Shown: positions 6,855-21,800 of the stretch, one piece after another | Numbering within the stretch: position 1 is the stretch's first letter | Layout of the letters: every line of letters begins with the position of its first letter | Assembly: GCA_964016885.1 (NCBI GenBank) | Contig: OZ024745.1 | Span: 80,538,001-80,602,000, forward strand | Reading direction: 5' to 3' | Length of the DNA stretch: 64,000 nucleotides | Source: Eledone cirrhosa | Lineage: Eukaryota | The notes under the pieces: generated by a model | What the model saw: the letters and a program-made list of their open reading frames with translations, nothing else | The model's database searches: none | Told to the model about the DNA's origin: nothing | Translations under genes and position numbers: made by a program

Positions 6855-9800
6855 CCATCACTAGCTCTAATTCTTGCTGACACAGACCATGACTAACTCA
6901 GTAACTCTTGTTGACACACTCTCACTGGCTCATTCACTTTGGCTGACACATACTATCACAAACTCAATAACTCTGGGTGACACACACACTATCATTAGCT
7001 CAGTTACTCTGGCTGACACACACCATTACTAGCTCAGTAACTCTGGCTGACACACACCATCATTAGCTCAGTAACTCTGGCTGACACACACCATCATTAG
7101 CTCAGTAACTCTGGCTGACACACACTATCACTAGCACAGTAACTCTGGCTGACACACACTATCACTAGCACAGTAACTCTGGCTAACACACACTATAACT
7201 AGCACAGTAACTCTGGCTAACACACTATAACTAGCACAGTAACTCTGGCTGACACACACTATCACTAGCACAGTAACTCTGGCTGACACACACTATCACT
7301 AGCACAGTAACTCTGGCTGACACACACTATAACTAGCACAGTAACTCTGGCTGACACACACTATCACTAGCACAGTAACTCTGGCTGACACACACTATCA
7401 CTAGCACAGTAACTCTGGCTGACACACACTATCACTAGCACAGTAACTCTGGCTGACACACACTATAACTATCACAGTAACTCTGGCTGACACACACTAT
7501 CACTAGCACAGTAACTCTGGCTGACACACACTATCACTAGCACAGTAACTCTGGCTAACACACTATAACTAGCACAGTAACTCTGGCTAACACACACTAT
7601 CACTAGCAAAGTAACTCTGGCTGACACACACTATAACTAGCACAGTAACTCTGGCTGACACACACTATCACTAGCACAGTAACTCTGGCTGACACACACT
7701 ATCACTAGCACAGTAACTCTGGCTAACACACACTATCACTAGCACAGTAACTCTGGCTAACACACACTATCACTAGCACAGTAACTCTGGCTAACACACA
7801 CTATCACTAGCACAGTAACTCTGGCTAACACACACTATCACTAGCACAGTAACTCTGGCTAACACACTATAACTAGCACAGTAACTCTGGCTGACACACA
7901 CTATCACTAGCACAGTAACTCTGGCTGACACACACTATCACTAGCACAGTAACTGTGGCTAACACACACTATCACTAGCACAGTAACTCTGGCTGACACA
8001 CTATAACTAGCACAGTAACTCTGGCTGACACACACTATCACTAGCACAGTAACTGTGGCTAACACACACTATCACTAGCACAGTAACTCTGGCTAACATA
8101 CTATCACTAGCACAGTAACTCTGGCTGACACACTATAACTAGCACAGTAACTCTGGCTAACACACACTATCACTAGCACAGTAACTCTGGCTGACACACA
8201 CTATCACTAGCAAAGTAACTCTGGCTGACACACACTATCACTAGCACAGTAACTCTGGCTAACACACTATCACTAGCACAGTAACTCTGGCTAACACACT
8301 ATCACTAGCACAGTAACTCTGGCTAACACACTATCACTAGCACAGTAACTCTGGCTGACACACTCTATAACTAGCACAGTAACTCTGGCTAACACACACT
8401 ATCACTAGCACAGTAACTCTGGCTAACACACTATCACTAGCACAGTAACTCTGGCTGACACACTCTATAGCTAGCACAGTAACTCTGGCTAACACACTGT
8501 AACTAGCACGGTAACTCTGGCTAACACACACTATAACTAGCACAGTAACTCTGGCTAACACACACTATCACTAACACACTATAACTAGCACAGTAACTCT
8601 GGCTAACACACACTATCACTAGCACAGTAACTCTGGCTAACACACTATAACTAGCACAGTAACTCTGGCTAACACACTATAACTAGCACAGTAACTCTGG
8701 CTAACACACACTATAACTAGCACAGTAACTCTGGCTAACACACACTATCACTAGCACAGTAACTCTGGCTAACACACACTATCACTAGCACAGTAACTCT
8801 GGCTGACACACACTATAACTAGCACAGTAACTCTGGCTAACACACACTATCACTAGCACAGTAACTCTGGCTAACACACTATCACTAGCACAGTAACTCT
8901 GGCTGACACACACTATAACTAGCACAGTAACTCTGGCTAACACACACTATAACTAGCACAGTAACTCTGGCTAACACACTATCACTAGCACAGTAACTCT
9001 GGCTGACACACTATAACTAGCACAGTAACTCTGGCTGACACACACTATAACTAGCACAGTAACTCTGGCTGACACACTCTATAACTAGCACAGTAACTCT
9101 GGCTAACACACTCTATAACTAGCACAGTAACTCTGGCTGACACACACTATAACTAGCACAGTAACTCTGGCTGACACACACTATCACTAGCACAGTAACT
9201 CTGGCTGACACACACTATAACTAGCACAGTAACTCTGGCTGACACACACTATAACTAGCACAGTAACTCTGGCTGACACACACTATAACTAGCACAGTAA
9301 CTCTGGCTGACACACTATAACTAGCACAGTAACTCTGGCTGACACACACTATAACTAGCACAGTAACTCTGGCTGACACACACCATCATTAGCTCAGTAA
9401 CTCTGGCTGACACACACCATCATTAGCTCAGTAACTCTGGCTGACACACACTATCACTAGCACAGTAACTCTGGCTGACACACACTATCACTAGCACAGT
9501 AACTCTGGCTGACACACACTATCACTAGCACAGTAACTCTGGCTGACACACTATAACTAGCACAGTAACTCTGGCTGACGCACACTATCACTAGCACAGT
9601 AACTCTGGCTAACACACACTATAACTAGCACAGTAACTCTGGCTGACACACACTATAACTAGCACAGTAACTCTGGCTGACACACACTATAACTAGCACA
9701 GTCACTCTGGCTGACACACACTATAACTAGCACAGTCACTCTGGCTGACACACACTATAACTAGCACAGTAACTCTGGCTAACACACACTATCACTAGCA

Positions 9801-12800
9801 CAGTAACTCTGGCTAACACACACTATCATTAGCACAGTAACTCTGGCTAACACACACTATAACTAGCACAGTAACTCTGGCTGACACACACTATAACTAG
9901 CACAGTAACTCTGGCTAACACACACTATAACTAGCACAGTAACTCTGGCTAACACACACTATCACTAGCACAGTAACTCTGGCTAACACACACTATCACT
10001 AGCACAGTAACTCTGGCTAACACACACTATAACTAGCACAGTAACTCTGGCTAACACACACTATAACTAGCACAGTCACTCTAGCTGACACACACTATAA
10101 CTAGCACAGTAACTCTGGCTGACACACACTATAACTAGCACAGTAACTCTGGCTGACACACACTATAACTAGCACAGTAACTCTGGCTGACACACACTAT
10201 AACTAGCACAGTAACTCTGGCTGACACACACTATAACTAGCACAGTCACTCTGGCTGACACACACTATAACTAGCACAGTAACTCTGGCTAACACACACT
10301 ATCACTAGCACAGTAACTCTGGCTAACACACACTATAACTAGCACAGTAACTCTGGCTAACACACACTATAACTAGCACAGTAACTCTGGCTGACACACA
10401 CTATAACTAGTACAGTAACTCTGGCTAACACACTATAACTAGCACAGTAACTCTGGCTGACACACACTATAACTAGCACAGTAACTCTGGCTAACACACA
10501 CTATAACTAGCACAGTAACTCTGGCTAACACACACTATAACTAGCACAGTCACTCTGGCTGACACACACTATAACTAGCACAGTAACTCTGGCTGACACA
10601 CACTATAACTAGCACAGTAACTCTGGCTAACACACACTATCACTAGCACAGTAACTCTGGCTAACACACACTATAACTAGCACAGTAACTCTGGCTGACA
10701 CACACTATAACTAGCACAGTAACTCTGGCTAACACACACTATAACTAGCACAGTAACTCTGGCTAACACACACTATCACTAGCACAGTAACTCTGGCTAA
10801 CACACACTATAACTAGCACAGTAACTCTGGCTGACACACACTATAACTAGCACAGTAACTCTGGCTAACACACACTATAACTAGCACAGTAACTCTGTCT
10901 AACACACACTATCACTAGCACAGTAACTCTGGCTGACACACTATCACTAGCACAGTAACTGTGGCTGACACACACTATAACTAGCACAGTAACTCTGGCT
11001 AACACACACTATAACTAGCACAGTAACTCTGGCTAACACACTATCACTAGCACAGTAACTCTGGCTGACACACTATAACTAGCACAGTAACTCTGGCTGA
11101 CACACACTATAATTAGCACAGTAACTCTGGCTGACACACTCTATAACTAGCACAGTAACTCTGGCTAACACACTATAACTAGCACAGTAACTCTGGCTGA
11201 CACACACTATCACTAGCACAGTAACTCTGGCTAACACACACTATAACTAGCACAGTAACTCTGGCTAACACACACTATAACTAGCACAGTAACTCTGGCT
11301 AACACACACTATCACTAGCACAGTAACTCTGGCTAACACACACTATCACTAGCACAGTAACTCTGGCTAACACACTATAACCAGCACAGTAACTCTGGCT
11401 AACACACACTATAACTAGCACAGTAACTCTGGCTAACACACTATAACTAGCACAGTAACTCTGGCTAACACACACTATAACTAGCACAGTAACTCTGGCT
11501 AACACACACTATCACTAGCACAGTAACTCTGGCTAACACACACTATAACTAGCACAGTAACTCTGGCTGACACACACTATAACTAGCACAGTAACTCTGG
11601 CTAACACACTATAACTAGCACAGTAACTCTGGCTGACACACACTATAACTAGCACAGTAACTCTGGCTAACACACACTATAACTAGCACAGTCACTCTGG
11701 CTGACACACACTATAACTAGCACAGTAACTCTGGCTGACACACACTATAACTAGCACAGTAACTTTGGCTGACACACACTATAACTAGCACAGTAACTCT
11801 GGCTGACACACACTATAACTAGCACAGTAACTCTGGCTGACACACACTATAACTAGCACAGTAACTCTGGCTGACACACACTATAACTAGCACAGTAACT
11901 CTGGTTGACACACACTATAACTAGCACAGTAACTCTGGCTGACACACACTATAACTAGCACAGTAACTCTGGCTGACACACACTATAACTAGCACAGTAA
12001 CTCTGGCTGACACACACTATAACTAGCACAGTAACTCTGGCTAACACACACTATAACTAGCACAGTAACTCTGGCTAACACACTATCACTAGCACAGTAA
12101 CTCTGGCTGACACACTATAACTAGCACAGTAACTCTGGCTGACACACACTATAATTAGAACAGTAACTCTGGCTGACACACTCTATAACTAGCACAGTAA
12201 CTCTGGCTAACACACTATAACTAGCACAGTAACTCTGGCTGACACACACTATCACTAGCACAGTAACTCTGGCTGACACACACTATAACTAGCACAGTAA
12301 CTCTGGCTGACACACACTATCACTAGCACAGTAACTCTGGCTGACACACACTATAACTAGCACAGTAACTCTGGCTGACACACACTATAATTAGCACAGT
12401 GACTCTGGCTAACACACTATAACTAGCACAGTAACTCTGGCTAACACACACTATAAGTAGCACAGTAAGTCTGGCTAACACACACTATCACTAGCACAGT
12501 AACTCTGGCTAACACACACTATCACTAGCACAGTAACTCTGGCTAACACACTATAACTAGCACAGTAACTCTGGCTAACACACACTATAACTAGCACAGT
12601 AACTCTGGCTAACACACACTATCACTAGCACAGTAACTCTGGCTAACACACACTATAACTAGCACAGTAACTCTGGCTGACACACACTATAACTAGCACA
12701 GTAACTCTGGCTGACACACACTATAACTAGCACAGTAACTCTGGCTAACACACACTATAACTAGCACAGTCACTCTGGCTGACACACACTATAACTAGCA

Positions 12801-15800
12801 CAGTAACTCTGGCTGACACACACTATAACTAGCACAGTAACTCTGGCTGACACACACTATAACTAGCACAGTAACTCTGGCTAACACACACTATAACTAG
12901 CACAGTAACTCTGGCTGACACACACTATAACTAGCACAGTAACTCTGGCTAACACACACTATAACTAGCACAGTAACTCTGGCTAACACACACTATCACT
13001 AGCACAGTAACTCTGGCTAACACACACTATAACTAGCACAGTAACTCTGGCTAACACACACTATAACTAGCACAGTAACTCTGGCTGACACACACTATAA
13101 CTAGCACAGTAACTCTGGCTAACACACACTATCACTAGCACAGTAACTCTGACTGACACACACTATAACTAGCACAGTAACTCTGGCTGACACACACTAT
13201 AACTAGCACAGTAACTCTGGCTAACACACACTATAACTAGCACAGTAACTCTGGCTGACACACACTATCACTAGCACAGTAACTCTGGCTGACACACACT
13301 ATAACTAGCACAGTAACTCTGGCTAACACACACTATCACTAGCACAGTAACTCTGACTGACACACACTATAACTAGCACAGTCACTCTGGCTGACACACA
13401 CTATAACTAGCACAGTAACTCTGGCTGACACACACTATCACTAGCACAGTAACTCTGGCTGACAACACTATCACTAGCACAGTAACTCTGGCTAACACAC
13501 ACTATAACTAGCACAGTAACTCTGGCTGACACACACTATCACTAGCACAGTAACTCTGGCTAACACACACTATAACTAGCACAGTAACTCTGGCTGACAC
13601 ACACTATCACTAGCACAGTAACTCTGGCTAACACACACTATCACTAGCACAGTAACTCTGGCTGACACACACTATCACTAGCACAGTAACTCTGGCTGAC
13701 ACACACTATAACTAGCACAGTAACTCTGGCTGACACACACTATCACTAGCACAGTAACTCTGGCTGACACACACTATAACTAGCACAGTAACTCTGGCTG
13801 ACACACACTATCACTAGCACAGTAACTCTGGCTAACACACACTATAACTAGTACAGTAACTCTGGCTGACACACACTATAACTAGCACAGTAACTCTGGC
13901 TGACACACACTATCACTAGCACAGTAACTCTGGCTAACACACACTATAACTAGTACAGTAACTCTGGCTGACACACACACTATAATTAGAACAGTACCTC
14001 TGGCTGACACACTCTATAACTAGCACAGTAACTCTGGCTAACACACTATAACTAGCAGAGTAACTCTGGCTGATACACTATAACTAGCACAGTAACTCTG
14101 GCTGACACACACTATAATTAGAACAGTAACTCTGGCTGACACACTCTATAACTAGCACAGTAACTCTGGCTAACACACTATAACTAGCACAGTAACTCTG
14201 GCTGACACACACTATCACTAGCACAGTAACTCTGGCTGACACACACTATAACTAGCACAGTAACTCTGGCTGACACACACTATCACTAGCACAGTAACTC
14301 TGGCTGACACACTATAACTAGCACAGTAACTCTGGCTGACACACACTATCACTAGCACAGTAACTCTGGCTAACACACACTATAACTAGCCCAGTAACTC
14401 TGGCTGACACACACTATAACTAGCACAGTAACTCTGGCTAACACACACTATAACTAGCACAGTCACTCTGGCTGACACACACTATAATTAGCACAGTGAC
14501 TCTGGCTAACACACTATAACTAGCACAGTAACTCTGGCTAACACACACTATAACTAGCACAGTAAGTCTGGCTAACACACACTATCACTAGCACAGTAAC
14601 TCTGGCTAACACACACTATCACTAGCACAGTAACTCTGGCTAACACACTATAACTAGCACAGTAACTCTGGCTAACACACACTATAACTAGCACAGTAAC
14701 TCTGGCTAACACACACTATCACTAGCACAGTAACTCTGGCTAACACACACTATAACTAGCACAGTAACTCTGGCTAACACACACTATAACTAGCACAGTA
14801 ACTTTGGCTAACACACACTATAACTAGCACAGTCACTCTGGCTGACACACACTATAACTAGCACAGTAACTCTGGCTAACACACACTATCACTAGCACAG
14901 TAACTCTGGCTAACACACACTATAACTAGCACAGTAACTCTGGCTAACACACACTATAACTAGCACAGTAACTCTGGCTGACACACACTATAACTAGCAC
15001 AGTAACTCTGGCTAGCACACACTATAACTAGCACAGTAACTCTGGCTAACACACACTATCACTAGCACAGTAACTCTGGCTGACACACACTATCACTAGC
15101 ACAGTAACTCTGGCTGACACACACTATAACTAGCACAGTAACTCTGGCTGACACACACTATCACTAGCACAGTAACTCTGGCTGACACACACCTATCACT
15201 AGCACAGTAACTCTGGCTGACACACACTATAACTAGCACAGTAACTCTGGCTGACACACACTATAACTAGCACAGTAACTCTGGCTGACACACACTATCA
15301 CTAGCACAGTAACTCTGGCTGACAACACTATCACTAGCACAGTAACTCTGGCTGACACACACTATCACTAGCACAGTAACTCTGGCTAACACACACTATA
15401 ACTAGCACAGTAACTCTGGCTGACACACACTATCACTAGCACAGTAACTCTGGCTAACACACACTATAACTAGCACAGTAACTCTGGCTGACACACACTA
15501 TCACTAGCACAGTAACTCTGGCTAACACACAGTATCACTAGCACAGTAACTCTGGCTGACACACACTATCACTAGCACAGTAACTCTGGCTGACACACAC
15601 TATAACTAGCACAGTAACTCTGGCTGACACACACTATCACTAGCACAGTAACTCTGGCTGACACACACTATAACTAGCACAGTAACTCTGGCTGACACAC
15701 ACTATCACTAGCACAGTAACTCTGGCTAACACACACTATAACTAGTACAGTAACTCTGGCTGACACACACTATAACTAGCACAGTCACTCTGGCTGACAC

Positions 15801-18800
15801 ACACTATCACTAGCACAGTAACTCTGGCTAACACACACTATAACTAGTACAGTAACTCTGGCTGACACACACTATAACTAGCACAGTAACTCTGGCTGAC
15901 ACACACTATCACTAGCACAGTAACTCTGGCTGACACACACTATCACTAGCACAGTAACTCTGGCTGACACACACTATCACTAGCACAGTAACTCTGGCTA
16001 ACACACACTATAACTAGCACAGTAACTCTGGCTAACACACACTATAACTAGCACAGTAACTCTGGCTAACACACACTATCACTAGCACAGTAACTCTGGC
16101 TAACACACACTATAACTAGCACAGTAACTCTGGCTAACACACACTATAACTAGCACAGTAACTCTGGCTGACACACACTATAACTAGTACAGTAACTCTG
16201 GCTAACACACTATAACTAGCACAGTAACTCTGGCTGACACACACTATAACTAGCACAGTAACTCTGGCTAACACACACTATAACTAGCACAGTCACTCTG
16301 GCTGACACACACTATAACTAGCACAGTAACTCTGGCTGACACACACTATAACTAGCACAGTAACTCTGGCTGACACACAGTATAACTAGCACAGTAACTC
16401 TGGCTAACACACACTATAACTAGCACAGTAACTCTGGCTGACACACACTATAACTAGCACAGTAACTCTGGCTAACACACACTATCACTAGCACAGTAAC
16501 TCTGGCTAACACACACTATAACTAGCACAGTAACTCTGGCTAACACACACTATAACTAGCACAGTAACTCTGGCTGACACACACTATAACTAGCACAGTA
16601 ACTCTGGCTAACACACACTATAACTAGCACAGTAACTCTGGCTAACACACACTATCACGAGCACAGTAACTCTGGCTGACACACACTATCACTAGCACAG
16701 TAACTCTGGCTGACACACACTATAACTAGCACAGTAACTCTGGCTGACACACACTATCACTAGCACAGTAACTCTGGCTGACACAAACTATAACTAGCAC
16801 AGTAACTCTGGCTAACACACACTATAACTAGCACAGTAACTCTGGCTGACACACACTATAACTAGCACAGTAACTCTGGCTGACACACACTATAACTAGC
16901 ACAGTAACTCTGGCTGACACACACTATAACTAGCACAGTAACTCTGGCTGACACACACTATAACTAGCACAGTAACTCTGGCTAACACACACTATCACTA
17001 GCACAGTAACTATGGCTGACACACACTATAACTAGCACAGTAACTCTGGCTGACACACACTATCACTAGCACAGTAACTCTGGCTGACACACTATAACTA
17101 GCACAGTAACTCTGGCTAACACACACTATAACTAGCACAGTAACTCTGGCTAACACACACTATCACTAGCAAAGTAACTGTGGCTGACACACACTATAAC
17201 TAGCACAGTAACTCTGGCTAACACACGCTATAACTAGCACAGTAACTCTGGCTGACACACTCTATAACTAGCATAGTAACTCTGGCTGACACACACTATA
17301 ACTAGCACAGTAACTCTGACTGACACACACTATAACTAGCACAGTAACTCTGGCTGACACACACTATAACTAGCACAGTAACTCTGGCTGACGCACAGTA
17401 ACTCTGGCTGACGCACGGTAACTCTGGCTAACACACACTATAACTAGCACAGTAACTCTGGCTGACACACACTATCACTAGCACAGTAACTCTGGCTAAC
17501 ACACTATAACTAGCACAGTAACTCTGGCTGACGCACAGTAACTCTGGCTAACACACACTATAACTAGCACAGTAACTCTGGCTGACACACACTATCACTA
17601 GCACAGTAACTCTGGCTGACACACACTATCACTAGCACAGTAACTCTGGCTGACACACACTATCACTAGCACAGTAACTCTGGCTGACACACACTATCAC
17701 TAGCACAGTAACTCTGGCTAACACACACTATAACTAGCACAGTAACTCTGGCTAACACACACTATAACTAGCACAGTAACTCTGGCTAACACACACTATC
17801 ACTAGCACAGTAACTCTGGCTAACACACACTATAACTAGCACAGTAACTCTGGCTAACACACACTATAACTAGCACAGTAACTCTGGCTGACACACACTA
17901 TAACTAGTACAGTAACTCTGGCTAACACACTATAACTAGCACAGTAACTCTGGCTGACACACACTATAACTAGCACAGTAACTCTGGCTAACACACACTA
18001 TAACTAGCACAGTCACTCTGGCTGACACACACTATCACTAGCACAGTAACTCTGGCTGACACACACTATAACTAGCACAGTAACTCTGGCTGACGCACAG
18101 TAACTCTGGCTGACGCACAGTAACTCTGGCTAACACACACTATAACTAGCACAGTAACTCTGGCTGACACACACTATCACTAGCACAGTAACTCTGGCTG
18201 ACACACACTATCACTAGCACAGTAACTCTGGCTAACACACACTATAACTAGCACAGTAACTCTGGCTAACACACACTATAACTAGCACAGTAACTCTGGC
18301 TAACACACACTATCACTAGCACAGTAACTCTGGCTAACACACACTATAACTAGCACAGTAACTCTGGCTAACACACACTATAACTAGCACAGTAACTCTG
18401 GCTGACACACACTATAACTAGCACAGTAACTCTGGCTGACACACACTATAACTAGCACAGTAACTCTGGCTGACACACAGTATAACTAGCACAGTAACTC
18501 TGGCTAACACACACTATCACTAGCACAGTAACTCTGGCTAACACACACTATAACTAGCACAGTAACTCTGGCTAACACACACTATAACTAGCACAGTAAC
18601 TCTGGCTGACACACACTATAACTAGCACAGTAACTCTGGCTAACACACACTATAACTAGCACAGTAACTCTGGCTAACACACACTATCACGAGCACAGTA
18701 ACTCTGGCTGACACACACTATCACTAGCACAGTAACTCTGGCTGACACACACTATAACTAGCACAGTAACTCTGGCTGACACACACTATCACTAGCACAG

Positions 18801-21800
18801 TAACTCTGGCTGACACAAACTATAACTAGCACAGTAACTCTGGCTAACACACACTATAACTAGCACAGTAACTCTGGCTGACACACACTATAACTAGCAC
18901 AGTAACTCTGGCTGACACACACTATAACTAGCACAGTAACTCTGGCTGACACACACTATAACTAGCACAGTAACTCTGGCTGACACACACTATAACTAGC
19001 ACAGTAACTCTGGCTAACACACACTATCACTAGCACAGTAACTCTGGCTGACACACACTATAACTAGCACAGTAACTCTGGCTGACACACACTATCACTA
19101 GCACAGTAACTCTGGCTGACACACTATAACTAGCACAGTAACTCTGGCTAACACACACTATAACTAGCACAGTAACTCTGGCTAACACACACTATCACTA
19201 GCAAAGTAACTGTGGCTGACACACACTATAACTAGCACAGTAACTCTGGCTAACACACGCTATAACTAGCACAGTAACTCTGGCTGACACACTCTATAAC
19301 TAGCATAGTAACTCTGGCTGACACACACTATAACTAGCACAGTAACTCTGACTGACACACACTATAACTAGCACAGTAACTCTGGCTGACACACACTATA
19401 ACTAGCACAGTAACTCTGGCTGACGCACAGTAACTCTGGCTGACGCACAGTAACTCTGGCTAACACACACTATAACTAGCACAGTAACTCTGGCTGACAC
19501 ACACTATCACTAGCACAGTAACTCTGGCTAACACACTATAACTAGCACAGTAACTCTGGCTGACGCACAGTAACTCTGGCTGACGCACAGTAACTCTGGC
19601 TGACGCACAGTAACTCTGGCTGACGCACAGTAACTCTGGCTAACACACACTATAACTAGCACAGTAACTCTGGCTGACACACACTATCACTAGCACAGTA
19701 ACTCTGGCTAACACATTATAACTAGCACAGTAACTCTGGCTAACACACACTATCACTAGCACAGTAACTCTGGCTGACACACACTATCACTAGCACAGTA
19801 ACTCTGGCTGACACACACTATAACTAGCACAGTAACTCTGGCTGACACACTATCACTAGCACAGTAACTCTGGCTGACACACTATAACTAGCACAGTAAC
19901 TCTGGCTAACACACACTATAACTAGCACAGTAACTCTGGCTGACACACTATAACTAGCACAGTAACTCTGGCTGACACACTATAACTAGCACAGTAACTC
20001 TGGCTGACACACTATAGCTAGCACAGTAACTCTGGCTGACACACACTGCCACTAGCACAGTAACTCTGGCTAACACACACTATAACTAGCACAGTAACTC
20101 TGGCTGACACACACTATAACTAGCACAGAAACTCTGGCTGACACACACTATAACTAGCACAGTAACTCTGGCTGACACACACTATAACTAGCACAGTAAC
20201 TCTGGCTGACACACACTATAACTAGTACAGTAACTCTGGCTGACACACACTATAACTAGCACAGTAACTCTGGCTGACACACACTATCACTAGCACAGTA
20301 ACTCTGGCTAACACACACTATAACTAGTACAGTAACTCTGGCTGACACACACTATAACTAGCACAGTAACTCTGGCTGACACACACTATCACTAGCACAG
20401 TAACTCTGGCTGACACACACTATCACTAGCACAGTAACTCTGGCTGACACACACTATCACTAGCACAGTAACTCTGGCTAACACACACTATAACTAGCAC
20501 AGTAACTCTGGCTAACACACACTATAACTAGCACAGTAACTCTGGCTAACACACACTATCACTAGCACAGTAACTCTGGCTAACACACACTATAACTAGC
20601 ACAGTAACTCTGGCTAACACACACTATAACTAGCACAGTAACTCTGGCTGACACACACTATAACTAGTACAGTAACTCTGGCTAACACACTATAACTAGC
20701 ACAGTAACTCTGGCTGACACACACTATAACTAGCACAGTAACTCTGGCTGACACACACTATAACTAGTACAGTAACTCTGGCTAACACACTATAACTAGC
20801 ACAGTAACTCTGGCTGACACACACTATAACTAGCACAGTAACTCTGGCTAACACACACTATAACTAGCACAGTCACTCTGGCTGACACACACTATAACTA
20901 GCACAGTAACTCTGGCTGACACACACTATAACTAGCACAGTAACTCTGGCTGACACACAGTATAACTAGCACAGTAACTCTGGCTAACACACACTATAAC
21001 TAGCACAGTAACTCTGGCTGACACACACTATAACTAGCACAGTAACTCTGGCTAACACACACTATCACTAGCACAGTAACTCTGGCTAACAGACACTATA
21101 ACTAGCACAGTAACTCTGGCTAACACACACTATAACTAGCACAGTAACTCTGGCTGACACACACTATAACTAGCACAGTAACTCTGGCTAACACACACTA
21201 TAACTAGCACAGTAACTCTGGCTAACACACACTATCACGAGCACAGTAACTCTGGCTGACACACACTATCACTAGCACAGTAACTCTGGCTGACACACAC
21301 TATAACTAGCACAGTAACTCTGGCTGACACACACTATCACTAGCACAGTAACTCTGGCTGACACAAACTATAACTAGCACAGTAACTCTGGCTAACACAC
21401 ACTATAACTAGCACAGTAACTCTGGCTGACACACACTATAACTAGCACAGTAACTCTGGCTGACACACACTATAACTAGCACAGTAACTCTGGCTGACAC
21501 ACACTATAACTAGCATAGTAACTCTGGCTAACACACACTATCACTAGCACAGTAACTCTGGCTGACACACACTATCACTAGCACAGTAACTCTGGCTGAC
21601 ACACTATCACTAGCAAAGTAACTGTGGCTGACACACACTATAACTAGCACAGTAACTCTGGCTAACACACGCTATAACTAGCACAGTAACTCTGGCTGAC
21701 ACACTCTATAACTAGCATAGTAACTCTGGCTGACACACACTATAACTAGCACAGTAACTCTGACTGACACACACTATAACTAGCACAGTAACTCTGGCTG

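Noticed and set aside
7135-7162. RAG 12-RSS-like layout in the unit (CACAGTA + 12 bp + ACACACTAT)
   Set aside because: Heptamer matches 6/7 but nonamer only 4/9; CA-rich DNA gives such cryptic matches by chance; no RAG/Transib sequence or gene segments in the window.
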